The notes: generated by a model from the letters alone, not told the origin. DNA of 64,000 nucleotides from Octopus bimaculoides (GCF_001194135.2 NC_069001.1:3784368-3848367), one strand, 5' to 3'; positions 15,101 through 30,342 are shown, counted from the first letter of the stretch. Made by a program: numbers and translations.

Positions 15101-18100
15101 CGTAAGTACGTACGTACGAAAGTACGAACGAACGTGCGTGCGTACGTACGGACGGACGAAAGAATAAACGAACGAAAGCATCTACGTACCTCCGTACGTA
15201 CGAACGAACGAGCGAATGAACGTATGTATGTACGAACGAACGAACGTACGTACGTACGAACGAACGTACAAACGAACTAACGAATGAAAACCATATCTTA
15301 CGTACAAAATATCGTACGTACGTAATTACGTATTTACGATCGAACGAAAGTATGTACGAACGTGCGATCGAACGAACGAACGCAAGAGCGACCGAAGGAA
15401 CGTACGTTCGTATGAATGAAATAATGAACGAATGTACGTACATACGTGNNNNNNNNNNNNNNNNNNNNNNNNNNNNNNNNNNNNNNNNNNNNNNNNNNNN
15501 NNNNNNNNNNNNNNNNNNNNNNNNNNNNNNNNNNNNNNNNNNNNNNNNNNNNNNNNNNNNNNNNNNNNNNNNNNNNNNNNNNNNNNNNNNNNNNNNNNNN
15601 NNNNNNNNNNNNNNNNNNNNNNNNNNNNNNNNNNNNNNNNNNNNNNNNNNNNNNNNNNNNNNNNNNNNNNNNNNNNNNNNNNNNNNNNNNNNNNNNNNNN
15701 NNNNNNNNNNNNNNNNNNNNNNNNNNNNNNNNNNNNNNNNNNNNNNNNNNNNNNNNNNNNNNNNNNNNNNNNNNNNNNNNNNNNNNNNNNNNNNNNNNNN
15801 NNNNNNNNNNNNNNNNNNNNNNNNNNNNNNNNNNNNNNNNNNNNNNNNNNNNNNNNNNNNNNNNNNNNNNNNNNNNNNNNNNNNNNNNNNNNNNNNNNNN
15901 NNNNNNNNNAACGAACGAACGTACCTACGAACAAAATGAAGGAGCAAGTGAACGTGAGAACGAACGTACGTACGAACGAACGAACGTACAAACGAACTAA
16001 CGAATGAAAACAATATCGTACGTACGTAATTACGTATTTACGACCGAAGGAACGTACGTTCGTATGAATGAAATAATGAACGAATGTACGTACATACGTG
16101 CGTACGAACGAACGCACGAACGTACGAACGTACGTACGTACTTACGAACGTACGTACGTATGAATGCACAAAAGAACAAACGAACGATCCAACGAACGAA
16201 TGTACGTACATTCGTACAAAAGAACCAACGCATATACGTACGTACGTACGTACGAATGAACGAACGAAAGAACGAACGTACGTACATACGTAAGTACGAA
16301 CGACCGAACGAGCGAACGAACGTACGATTGCACAAAAGAACAAAGGAACGATCCAACGAACGAACGTACTACGTACGCACGTACGTACAAACAAACCACG
16401 TATATACGTACGTACGTGTGTATGTACGAATGAACGAACGAAAGAACGAACGTACGTACATACGTAAGTACGAACGAACGAACGTACTTTAGCACGAACG
16501 AACGACGAAGGAACGTACGTACGAACGAACGAACAAGGAAACGAACGTATGTAAGTACGTACGTTCGTACGTACGAAAGAACGAACGATCGAACGCAAGA
16601 GCGACCGTAGGAACGTACGTTCGTACGAATGAAATAACGAACGAACGTACGTACCAACGACCGAACGGACGGACGAACAAACGTATGTACGAACGAAAAA
16701 ACGAACGCATGAACGAACGATCGAACGAACGAACGTAGGTACCTACGAACGAACGAAATAACGAACGAACGTACGTACGTACGAATCACAAAAGAACAAA
16801 CGAACGAACGTACGTGCGTACTTGCGTACGTACGTACAAATGAACCAACGTATATACGTACGTACGTACGAATGAACGTACGTCGTTACGTAAGTACGAA
16901 CGAATGAACGAACGTTCTTTCGTACGAACGAAGGAACGAACGTACGTACGTACGTACGAATGAACGAACGATTCAACGTACGGACCAATGAACGAACGAT
17001 CGAAGAAACAAAAGAAAGAACGATTGAAAGAACGATCGAACGAACGTACTTTCGTACGAATATAAGAACGAACGTACGTACGTACGAATGAACGAACGAA
17101 AGAACGAACGAATGAACGTACGTACGTACGAATGGACCAATGAACGAACGATCGAACAAACAAAAGAAAGAACGAATGTAAGTAGGTACGAAGGAAAGAA
17201 CGAATGAACGAACAAACGAGGAAACGAACGTACATAAGTACGTACGTACGTAGGAACGAACGAACGATCGAACGCAAGAGCGACCGTAGGAACGTACGAA
17301 ATAACGAACGAACGTACGTACATACGTATGTACGAACGACCGAACGGACGGACGGACGGACGGACGAACGAAGAAACGTACGTACGAACGAAAGAACGAA
17401 CGCATGATCGAGCGATCGAACGAACGAAAGAACGTAGGAACGTACGTACCTACGAACGTACGAACGAACGAACGGACCAATGAACGAACGATCGAAGAAA
17501 CAAAAGAAAGAACGAATGAAAAAACGATCGTACGGACGAACAAACGAGGAAACGAACGTACGTAAGTACGTACGTACGAAAGAACGAACGATCGAACGCA
17601 AGAGCGACCGTAGGAACGTACGTTCGTACGAATGAAATAACGAACGAACGTACGTACATACGTACGTACGAACGACCGAACGGACGGCTGGATGAACGAA
17701 CAAATGTACGTACGAACGAACGATCGAACGAACGAACGTAGGAATGTACGTACGTACCTACGAACGTATGTAAGTACCTATGAACGTACGTACGTACATA
17801 CGAATGCACAAATGAACGTACGTACGTACATACGAATGCCCTAATGAATGATCCAACGAACGAACGTACGTACGTAAGAATGAACGAACGATCCAACGAA
17901 CGAATGAACGAACAAACGACGAACGAACGTACGTATGAACGAACGATCGAACAAACAAATGAAGGAAGGACTGAAGGAACGAACGAATGTAAGTATGTAC
18001 GTAGGTACGAACGAAAGAACGAACGAAGGAACGAATGAACAAACGAGGAAACGAACGCACGTAAGTACGTACGTACGAAAGTACGCACGAACGTGCGTGC

Positions 18101-21100
18101 GTACATACGGACGGACGAAAGAATAAACGAACGAAAGCATCTACGTATCTCCGTACGTACGAACGAACAAACGAATGAACGTATGTATGTACGAACGAAC
18201 GATAGTACGTACGTACGAACGAACGAACGAAATGAAGGAGCAAGCGAACGTAAGAACGAACGTAGGTACGAACGAACGAACGTACAAACGAACTAACGAA
18301 TGAAAACAATATCGAAAGAACGAACGTACGTACATACGTAAGTACGAAGGAACGAACGAACGAACGAACGAACGTACTTTCGTACGAAAGAAAGAAGGAA
18401 CGTACGTACGTACGTACGTACGAATGAACGAACGAAAGAACGAACGAACGTACGTACGTACGAATGGACCAATGAACGAACGATCGAACAAACAAAAGAA
18501 AGAATGATTGAAGGAACGAACGAATGTAAGTACGTATGTACGTAAGTACGTAGGAACGAACGAACGATCGAACGCAAGAGCGACCGTAGGAACGTAAGTT
18601 CGTACGAATGAAATAACGAACGAACGTACGTACATACGTACGTACGAACGACCGAACGGACGGACGAACGAACAAACGTACGTACGAACGAAAGAACGAA
18701 CGTATGAACGAACGATCGAACGAACGAACGAACGTAGGAACGTACGTACCTACGAACGTACCAACGAACAAAATAACGAACGAACGAACGTACGAACGGA
18801 CCAATGAACGATCGATCGAAGAAACAAAAGAAAGAACGAATGTACAGACGAACAAACGAGGAAACGAACGTACGTAAGTACGTAAGCACGAAAGAACGAA
18901 CGATCGAACGGAAGAGCGACCCTAGTAACGTACGTTCGTACGAATGAAATAACGAACGAACGTACGTACATACGTACGTACGAACGACCGAACGGACGGC
19001 TGGATGAACGAACAAATGTACGTACGATCGAACGAACGAACGTAGGAACGTAGGAACGTAGGAACGTACCTACGAACGTACGTAAGTACCTATGAACGTA
19101 CGTACGTACCTACGAACGTACGTACGTACCTACGAACGAACTAACGAAAGAACGTACGTACATACGAATGTACAAATGAACAAACGAACAATCCAACGAA
19201 CGAACGTACGTACGTAAGAATGAACGAACGAACAAACGAGGAAACGAACGCACGTAAGTACGTACGTACGAAAGTACGCACGAACGTGCGTGCGTACGTA
19301 CGGACGGACGAAAGAATAAACGAACGAAAGCATCTACGTATCTCCGTACGTACGAAGGAACGAGCGAATGAACGTATGTATGTACGAACGAACGATAGTA
19401 CGTACGTACGAACGAACGAACGAAATGAAGGAGCAAGCGAACGTAAGAACGAACGTACGTACGAACGAACGAACGTACAAACGAACTAACGAATGAAAAC
19501 AATATCGTACGTACGTAATTACGTATTTACGATCGAACGAAAGTACGTACGAACGTGCGATCGAACGAACGAACGCAAGAGCGACCGAAGGAACGTACGT
19601 TCGTATGAATGAAATAATGAACGAATGTACGTACATACGTACGTACGTACGAACGAACGCACGAACGAACGAACGTACCTACGAACGAACGTACGTACGT
19701 ACGAATGCACATAAGAACAAACGAACGATCCAACGAACGAACGTACGTACATACGTACAAAAGAACCAACGCATATACGTACGTACGTACGAATGAACGA
19801 GCGAGAGAACGAACGTACGTACATACGTAAGTACGAATGAACGAACGAAAGAACGAACGTACGTACGTACGAATGGACCAATGAACGAACGATCGAACAA
19901 ACAAAAGAAAGAATGATTGAAGGAACGAACGAATGTAAGTATGTACGTAGGTACGAAGGAAAGAACGAATGAAAGAACAAACGAGGAAACGAACGTACAT
20001 AAGTACGTACGTACGTAGGAACGAACGAACGATCGAACGCAAGAGCGACCGTAGAAACGTACGTTCGTACGAATGAAATAACGAACGAACGTCCGTACGT
20101 AAGAAGGAACGAACGATCCAACGAACGAATGAACGAACAAACGACGAACGAACGTACGTATGAACGAACGATCGAACAAACAAATGAAGGAAGGACTGAA
20201 GGAACGAACGAATGTAAGTATGTACGTACGTACGTACGAAAGTACGCACGAACGTGCGTGCGTACGTGCGGACGAAAGAATAAACGAACGAAAGCATCTA
20301 TGTATCTCCGTACGTACGAACGAACGAGCGAATGAACGTATGTATATACGAACGAACGAACGAAAGAACGAAATGAAGGAGCAAGTGAACGTAAGAACAA
20401 ACGTACGTACGAACGAACGAACGTACAAACGAACTAACGAATGAAAACAATATCGTACGTACGTAATTACGTATTTACGATCGAACGAAAGTACGTACGA
20501 ACGTACGAACATGCGATCGAACGAACGAACGCAAGAGCGACCGAAGGAACGTACGTATAAACGAACCAACGTATATACGTACGTACGTACGTACATACGT
20601 AAGTACGTACGAATGAACGTACGTACATACGAACGAATGAACGAACGTACTTTCGTACGAAGGAAGGAACGAACGTACGTACTTACGAATGAACGAACGA
20701 TCCAACGTACGAAGGAAGGAACGAACAAACGACGAACGTACGAACGGACCAATGAACGAACGATCGAAGAAACAAAAGAAAGAACGAACGTACAGACGAA
20801 CAAACGAGGAAACAAAAGTACGTAAGTACGAAAGAACGAACGATCGAACGCAAGAGCGACCATAGGAACGTACGTTCGTACGAATGAAATAACGAACGAA
20901 CGTACGTACCAACGACCGAACGGACGGACGAACGAACGAACAAACGTACGTACGAACGAAAAAACGAACGCATGAACGAACGTAGGAACGTACGTACGTA
21001 CCTACGAACGTACGATATAACGAACGAACGTACGTACGTACGAATGAACGAACGATCCAACGTACGAAGGAAAGAACGAACAAACGACGAACGGACCAAT

Positions 21101-24100
21101 GAACGAACGATCGAAGAAACAAAAGAAACAACGATTGAAAGAACGAACGTACGGACGAACAAACGAGGAAACGAACGTACGTAAGTACGTACGTACGAAA
21201 GAACGAACGATCGAACGCAAGAGCGACCGTAGGAACGTACGTTCGTACGAATTAAATAACGAACGAACGTACGTACGAACGACCGAACGGACGGGTGGAT
21301 AAACGAACAAATGTACGTACGAACAAACGATCGAACGAACGAACATAGGAACGTACGTACGTACGAACGTACGTAAGTACCTATGAATGTACGTACGTGC
21401 CTACGAACGAAAGAACGAACGTACGTACGTAAGCACGAACGAACGCTCGAAGGAACGTACGTACGTACGAACAAACGAAGGTACGTACGAATGCACAAAA
21501 GAACAAACGAACGATCCAACGAACGAACGTACGTCCGCACATACAAACGAACCAACGAATATACGTACGTACGTACGAACGTATGTACGTATGAATGAAC
21601 GAACGAAAGAACGAACGTACGTACATACGTAAGTACCTACAACCGAACGAACGAACGTACGTTAACACGAACGAACGCACGAACGATCGAACGAACGAAC
21701 GTAGTAACGTACGTACGTATCTACGAACGAACGAACGAACGAACTAACGAACGAATGTACGAATGCACAAAAGAGCCAACACACGATCCAACGAACGAAC
21801 GTACGTACGTACGCACGTACGCACGTATTGAAGTACGTACGTACGTATGTACGTACGAATGAACGAACGAAAGAACGAACGTACGTACGAACGAACGAAC
21901 AAACGAGGAAACAAACGCACGTAAGTACGTACGAAAGAAAGAACGATCGAACGCAAGAGCGACCGTAGGAACGTACGTTCGTACGAATGAAATAACGAAC
22001 GATCCAACCAACGAACGAACGTACGTACGTACTTGCGTACGTACGTACAAACGAACCAACGTATATACGTACGTACGTACGAATGAACATACGTACATAC
22101 GTAAGTACGAACGAATGAACGAACGTACTTTCGTACGAACGAAGGAACGAACGTACGTACGTACGAATGAACGAACGATCCAACGTAAGAAGGAAAGAAC
22201 GAACAAACGACGAACGGACCAATGAACGAACGATCGAAGAAACAAAAGAAAGAACGATTGAAAGAACGAACGTACGGACGAACAAACGAGGAAACGAACG
22301 TACGTAAGTACGTACGTACGAAAGAACGAACGATCGAACGCAAGAGCGACCGTAGGAACGTACGTTCGTACGAATGAAATAACGAACGAACGTACGTACA
22401 TACGTACGTACGAACGACCGAACGGACGGCTGGATGAACGAACAAATGTACGTACGAACGAACGATCGAACGTAGGAACGTACGTACGTACCTACGAACG
22501 TACGTAAGTACCTATGAACGTACGTACGTACCTACGAACGTACGTACGTACCTACGAACGTACGTACATACCTACGAACGTACGTACATACCTACGAACG
22601 TACGAACGAACGAACTAACGAACGATGAACTAGCGAACGAACGTACGTACATACGAATGCACAAAAGAACAAACGAACGATCCAACGAACGAACCAACGT
22701 ATATACGTACGTATGTACGTACGTATGTACGTACGAATGAACGTATGAACGAACGATCGAACAAACAAATGAAGGAAGGACTGAAGGAACGAACGAATGT
22801 AAGCAAGTACGAAGGTACGAACAAAAGAACGAACGAACGAACGAACAAACGAGGAAACGAACGCCCGTACGTACGTATGTACGTACGAAAGAACGAACGA
22901 ACGTGCGTGCGTACGGACGGACGAACGAAAGAATAAACGAACGAAAGCATCTACGTACCTCCGTACGTACGAACGAACGAGCGAATGAACGTATGTATGT
23001 ACGAACGAACGAACGAAATGAAGGAGCAAGCGAACGTAAGAACGAACGTACATACGAACGAACGAACGTACAAACGAACTAACGAATGAAAACAATATCG
23101 TACGTACGTAATTACGTATTTACGATCGAACGAAAGTACGTACGAACATGCAATCGAACGAACGAACGCAAGAGCGACCGAACGAACGTACGTTCGTATG
23201 AATGAAATAATGAACGAATGTACGTACATACGTACGTACAAACGAACGTACGTACCTACGAACGTACTACCGAACGTACGTACGTACGAATGCACAAAAG
23301 AACAAACGAACGATCCAACGAACGAACGTACGTACGTACGTACAAAAGAACCAACGCATATACGTACGTACGAATGAACGAACGTACTTTCGTACGAATG
23401 AAAGAACGAACGTACGTGCGTACGTATGAATGAACGAACGAAAGAACGAACGAACGAACGTACATACGTACGAATGGACCAATGAACGAACGATCGAGCA
23501 AACAAAAGAAAGAACGATTGAAGGAACGAACGAATGTAAGTATGCACCTAGGTACGAAGGAAAGAACGAATGACCGAACGAACGAACCAACGTACTTTCG
23601 TACGAACGAAAGAACGAACGTACGTACGTACTTTAATACGAACGATCCAACGAACGGACCAATGAACGAACGATCGAACAAACAAAAGAAAGAACGATTG
23701 AAGGAACGAACGAATGTAAGTATGTACGTAGGTACCAACGAACAAACGAGGAAACGAACGTACGTAAGTACGAAAGAACGAACGATCGAACGAACGTACG
23801 GACGGACGGACGGACTAAAGAATAAACGAACGAAAGCATCTAAGTACCTCCGTACGTACGAACGAACGAACGAGCGAATGAACGTATGTACGAACGAACG
23901 ATAGTACGTAAGTACGTACGAACGAACGAAATGAAGGAGCGAGCGAACGTACGAACGAACGAAATATCGTACTTACGTAATTACGTATTTACGATCGAAC
24001 GAACGAACCAACGAGCGATCGAACGAACGTACGTACGAACGACCGAACGGACATACGGACGACCGAACGGACTGACGGACGAACGAACGAAAGAACGTAG

Positions 24101-25690
24101 GAACGTACGTACGTACCTACGAAGGAGCGGACTAATGAACGAAAGTACGTACGTACGAATTCACAAAAGAACAAACGAACGATCCAACGTACGCAAGGAC
24201 GTACGTACAAACGAACCAACGTATATACGTTCGTACGTATGTACGTACGAATGGACGAACGACGGACCAATGAACGAACGATCGAACAAACAAAAGAAAG
24301 AACGATTGAAGGAACGAACGAACGAACGAACGAACAAACGAGGAAACGAACGTACGTAAATATGTACGTACGAAAGTACGAACGATCGAACGAACGAACG
24401 CAAGAGCGACTGTAATAACGTACGTTCGTACGAATGAAATAACGAACGAACGTACGTACATACGAACGACCGAACGCACGGAAGGACGAACGAACAAACG
24501 TATGTACGAACGAAAGAACTTACGCACGAATGAACGAACGAACGTAGGAACGTACGTACGTAAATACGAACGTACGTACCTACGAATGCACAAAAGAACA
24601 AACGAACGATCCAGCGAACGAACGTATGTACGTACGCACGCACGTAAGTACGTATGTACAAACGAACTAACGTATATACGTACGTACGTACGAATGAACG
24701 TACGTACGTATATACGTAAATACGAACGACCGAACGAACGTAGTACGAATGAACGAACGATCCGACGAACGAATGAAAGAACGAACGAACGACGAACGAA
24801 CGTACGTATGAACGAACGATCGAACAAACAAATGAAAGAACGAACGAATGTAAGTATGTACGTAAGTACGAACGAAAGAACGAACGAACGTACGTACGTA
24901 TGAAAGAACAAACGATCGAACGAACGAACGTACGTGCGTACGTACGTACGGACGAAAGAATAAATGAAAGAAAGCATCTACGTACCTCCGTACGTACGAA
25001 CGAACTAACGAATGAATTTACGTACGTACGAACAAGATATCGTACGTACGTAATTACGTATTTACGATCGAATGAAAGTACGTACGTACGAACGAACGAG
25101 CGATCGAACGAACGAACGCAAGTGCGACCGTAGGAACGTACGTTCGTATGAATGAAATAACGAACGAACGCACGTACATACGTACGTACGAACGACCGAA
25201 CGGACGGCGAACGAAAGAACAAACGTACGTACGTAAGCATGAACAAACGCACGAACGTACGTACGTACCTACGAACGAGCGTACGTACTAATGCACAAAA
25301 GAACAAACGAACGATTCAACGAACGAACGTACGTACGTACAAACGAACCAATGCATATACATACGTACGTATGTACGTACGAATGAACGAACGAACGTAC
25401 GTAAGTACGAACGAACGTACTTTCATACGAACGAAAGAACGAACGTACGTACGAATGAACGAACGAACGAAAGAACGAACGAACGACGAATGGACCAATG
25501 AATGAACGATCGAAGAAACAAAAGAAAGAACGATTGAAGGAACGAACGAATGTAAGTATGTACGAACGAACAAACGAGGAAACGAATGTACGTAAGTACG
25601 AACGAACGTAGGAGCGAACGAAAGCATCTACGTACCTCCGTACGTACGAACGAAGGAGCGAATGAACGTATGTACGAACGAACGATAGTA
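121..25690 (+). repeat. Complex CpG-rich satellite on a 4-nt lattice (CGAA/CGTA variants) with higher-order modules
   Basis: Continuous ACGA/ACGT-type tetramers. Recurring modules include CGCAAGAGCGACCGTAGGAACGTACGTTCGTACGAATGAAATAACG (about 35-40 copies by eye), AAAGCATCTACGTACCTCCGTACG (about 19) and GACCAATGAACGAACGATCGAACAAACAAAAGAAAGAACG. N gaps at 12332-12873 and 15449-15909. Confidence 0.95.
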
Positions 25691-25855
25691 TATATATATA
25701 TAAATATATATAAATATATATATATATAAATATATANNNNNNNNNNNNNNNNNNNNNNNNNNNNNNNNNNNNNNNNNNNNNNNNNNNNNNNNNNNNNNNN
25801 NNNNNNNNNNNNNNNNNNNNNNNNNNNNNNNNNNNNTATATATGTATTTATATAT

Positions 25856-25886
<31 letters not shown>

Positions 25887-25905
25887 CATACATACACACA
25901 CATAT
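25691..25905. repeat. (TA)n/(TACA)n microsatellite spanning an N gap
   Basis: Directly visible; begins immediately after the last satellite module (...CGATAGTA|TATATA). Confidence 0.9.
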
Positions 25906-26229
25906 ATTCCAGTGATATTTACCATCGCTGTTGCAAGCAGGATTAATTCCATGGCATTAGATCTTCAGACTTGAAGTGTGCTAAAACTATGCTGAACCTG
26001 GACCCCTTGACTGACATGATATTCTACTTCTAATTGTTCTCGTATTTGTTTTCTATCTCTGTTTTGATTAATCACACATAATGTGTGGTATTTTGTTTCC
26101 CACTTCTGCAACGCATTGTCCTAATAATGGTATCTAATCTAGGCACAGGGCCAGTAGTTCAGAATGTTGACCGTGGCATGATTTGAACTCAGACTATAAA
26201 GAAGTTGAAAAGTATGCGCTAATCACCTT

Positions 26230-26230
26230 G

Positions 26231-26266
<36 letters not shown>

Positions 26267-26850
26267 GTCCTTTCTACTATAGGCATAAGGCCTGAAATTT
26301 GAAGGAAAGTAGTAAATTGTCCCCAGTACTTGACTGGTACTTATTTCATTGACCCTCAAAAGGATGAAAGGCATAGTCAACCTTGGCGGAATTTGAACTC
26401 AGAATGTAAAGACAGATAAAATACTGCTAACCATTTTGCTTAGCATGCTAATGATTTCACCAGTTTGCCGCCTTAACTTTGATAATAGTCCTTTCTACTG
26501 AAGGCATGAGGCCTGAAATTTGTGGGGAGGGGACTAGTTGATTATATTGACTCTAGTGTTTCACTGGTACTTAATTTATCTACCCTGAAAGGAAGAAAGG
26601 CAAGATTAATTTTGGCAGAATTTGAACTCAGAATGTAAGGAAAGGTGAGACACCACTAAGCATTTTGACCGGTGTGCTAAAGATTCTACCAGCTCACCAC
26701 CATAACAGAAGGCTTTTGATGGGAGTAAATTAGTTGACACCATAAAACCCAGTACAAAATTGATAATGTATTTTGTTGATTTTTGAAAGGATAAAATTGA
26801 AGTTGAACTCAGAACGTAAAGAGGCAAAACAAAAAAACTATTCGAATGCT
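26230..26850 (-). mobile_element. Three tandem copies of a tRNA-type SINE (family A) with (TTA)n tail
   Basis: Three similar units at about 26264, 26485 and 26720. The minus strand carries a B-box-like GAGTTCAAATTCC and a central CCTTTCATCCTTT...GGGTC..TAA...AAGTACCAG block. The (ATA)n run on the left is the tail. The central block resembles Deu/Nin-type SINE domains (recollection, unverified). Confidence 0.8.
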
Positions 26851-28494
26851 CTAACAAACCAAAAATATAAATGGCTAAGAGCTTACCCCTGGCAAAATTT
26901 GAACATGGAATCTGATGAATTGAAAGAAATACAGCCTTTTTTTTTTTTGTGCTCAAACCTTTCTGATGGCTCATCATGAACAGTAATTACGATTTTCTTT
27001 AATGGAGCAATGTCAGAAAATTAAAAGCGAAGTGAAGAAGCCAACTGAAGTGATACCTAAATATATTACTGCTATTTGTTTTACAAACTAGCTGGCCCAA
27101 TGCCATCAGAAATGATGGCAGATTGGAGTATTTTATATATAAATATGGTACATAAAACATTCACATACTTCCCTTGTACATACACACAAATACTCACACA
27201 GAGTTGAAACGCTGTTTGATTTTTCTTTCTAGCGTTGAATGGTCATCATCCCACTTCCCTTGCACACATACACATTCACATGACTCCCTTTTACATACAC
27301 ACACAGAGTTGAAATGCTGCTTTTTCTATTTCACTGTAGAACTTCTAATCATCCAACTACCAAGTTTGCTATCACCCATTCTTTTCTCATTCATATGGTG
27401 TGACAGAGAAAAACACAAGAGTATTATTATAGCAGATACTCTGGTAGGGACTCACTATATAAAGCCAAGTATTTCTGCTGTTTATAAATGTTAAACCCTT
27501 TTTCCTGAGCATATTTCTAGTGAAGTATACTCCACGAATGTTTGAATTTACTTTGAAAAATAATTAAAAAGTGGAAGGATTTATTAAAATTAGTTTTTTG
27601 ACCCATAATGAATCTGGTGTTCAGAATATGATTTAACAGAAAGAACTTAGAAATTATTAATATAATTCGTTGAGTTCTCTGATGGACAGTTAACACAAGA
27701 GAGATAATTATGTTTGGCAGGATTCGAAGTTTGAATAAGATACACAGAATGTTATTAAAGGTATAACATGATTATCTTTATATAGTTACAAGGCAAGACA
27801 TTTCGATGAGGAGAGCAGATTTCAACTACTCTACTGGTATTAATATAAACATTAGAAAATTAAAAAAGAAAATCAACTCTGGCAGGATTCAAACTGGCAA
27901 TATCAAGGGAGATAACTAAGTACTACGTAACTTTCGACTGAATGTTCTACATCAGAGTGACGTCCCTTAGTTATTCTCCAGACTCAGTCTTAGTTACAAA
28001 ATTTTAATCCGAATGTCATGGGTTTGAAGCGATGCTCTAATCTACGATTCTGCCTGCTCGCCACCAAATATCATTTCCTGTATAAATGTAGGCAATTTCT
28101 AGAACTTTCAATGGTTAGAGGCGATCAGCTCTATTGATTGGGGAGGGGTGTTTGGAAGAGTTGACTACATCGATGTTATTTTCTCTTAGTCTACCATCCT
28201 TAGTGAATATGCGAGCGTGTGTATATATCAGTTACAATCGGTGCATCCTGGCCGATATCCTGGGGTTCCTACTATCACAACAGATCTTTTAATAATTCCA
28301 ATAATGTTACAAAGCAAGGAATCCTACAACCACAATAGAGTGGTTTGTCAAGAAAAGTTGACAGAGGCACAAATATACGTACGTGTGTGTTTACAAGTTG
28401 GTGATTTTTCCATTGCTTCAAGTTTTTGGATAAGTGGCAATCATTACAAAGAAACGTTTCCATTGCTTATACATACATAAATATATATATATAT

Positions 28495-28815
28495 CTTTTA
28501 GCTTTTACTCGTTTCATTCATTGCACTGTGGCTATGCTAGGGCACTATCTTGAAGGTTTTAGTTGAACAAAACGACCCTAGTACTTTTTTAAAAGCCTGT
28601 TACTTATTCTATCGATATATTTTGCTGAACCGCTAGCTTAACAAACCAACATTGGTTATCAAGCAGCAGTGGGACACACATGACAGATCTTTCAGTTTTT
28701 GTCTACCATATCCACTCAAGAAGGCTGTGGTCAACCTAGGGCTATGATAAAAGATAAACACACATACACCCAACTGCAGATTTGAACCCATAACTTGTGA
28801 GCAACCAGCTGCTGA
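28495..28815 (-). mobile_element. SINE family B copy
   Basis: Shares TCATTGCACTGTGGCTATGCTAGGGCAC...CTGAACCGCTAGCTTAAC...AAACCAAC with the copies at about 49465 and 58815. Confidence 0.65.
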
Positions 28816-29714
28816 ACCTCTCCCAACAGAAGAATAAAAATCCTGCTAAGAGCTATTGTATAAAAGTGGTGGTGGTGGTGATGGTGGTAATGTCGGTGTT
28901 GAAAGACAAATGTCTCTGGTTGGCATGATAGGGCTCTACACAGCAGAATTAAAATAAATTAACCAAGAGTTTGCTGTTTTCAAATAATAAATCATCGAAC
29001 ACTTTGTAGTTTTAAAATAAATAATACAACATTTTCTGGATAATTCTGAATCAACTAGAATTTTGACATATACTATATTGTTTTAACAGAATAACAGAAT
29101 ATGAAGACAAACTAAAACCATTGCTCTTTCTCATATATGTATATATATATATTTATGTATATAATACATACATGCATGACTGAACAAAATGTTAGCCTGT
29201 AATCTCATTCATTCATTCATATGCACTTACAAGCACACAAGAATAGATAATTCCTTGTGCTAACAGGACATTGAAGAAAAAGCTGTGAAAAGTTTTGCTT
29301 TACAAATATTTCGATAATGGCATAATGACTGTCCAGTGAACTTATATTATGAAAGACTATTAATATTATTAATATTATTATCATCATTATTATGTAAAAA
29401 ATTCGATTATTTAGATGGGGGAATTTGGGCTTATGTGTTGGCGATTAAAAAAAAAAAAATTCTCTTTGATGGTTTTAAGTTGAATTTTGAAATTCGTATA
29501 ATACATTTAGTTTCTGCTCAGCTTTGTGGGCTTTCATCCATGGCTCTGACTAGTCTTATGATGATGATGATGATGAATGAAATTAACGAAGATAATGTTG
29601 TACCAGGGAGAGTGAAAAACCAGTATACAAAGCTGTCCATGGCACTTGTAGCATAAAGTCTTAGTTTCTTTTTAAAGAAAAAAAAAAAAAGCAGGGGAAT
29701 ATAACATTCTCTCG

Positions 29715-29945
<231 letters not shown>

Positions 29946-30342
29946 CATTTGTTATCAAAATATACATTTATCAGAAAATACACAAAAATGAAAGCAAGAA
30001 ATCTATATCCAAGCTGAAGCTGCATATAATATATATATATATATATATAAATATTTTTTTTTTGTAAACAAAAAAAAAAAGAAGAAAATTAACAATGCTA
30101 GAAGGCAAAAGTGCAACATTGAATTGTCTTGCAAAGACAACTGGCAGACGTTACAAAAATCTAGTTGCACCAATAGTTCAGAGTACATATAATATTGCTA
30201 TTGTCATTAATTCTGGTAGACGACTACATCAAGCTCATTATCATCAAAGTTTCACACAGACTTGGTAGCTTTTCTATTCTTTTCTTTTCCATATTTCTTA
30301 ATAACAAAAGCTATCTAAAAAATATTGATTTGACACAAAAGC

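Noticed and set aside
157-25627. Long ORFs of RTYV/RSFV/RTNE type (up to 955 aa) in the satellite
   Set aside because: A 4-nt lattice translates to 4-residue periodic peptides in every frame with few stops; the ORFs overlap on both strands, cross N gaps and show no domain.
121-25690. CRISPR-like appearance (conserved palindromic repeat with variable spacers)
   Set aside because: Spacers are the same tetramer lattice rather than unique sequence, lengths vary widely, the context is eukaryotic and there are no cas genes.
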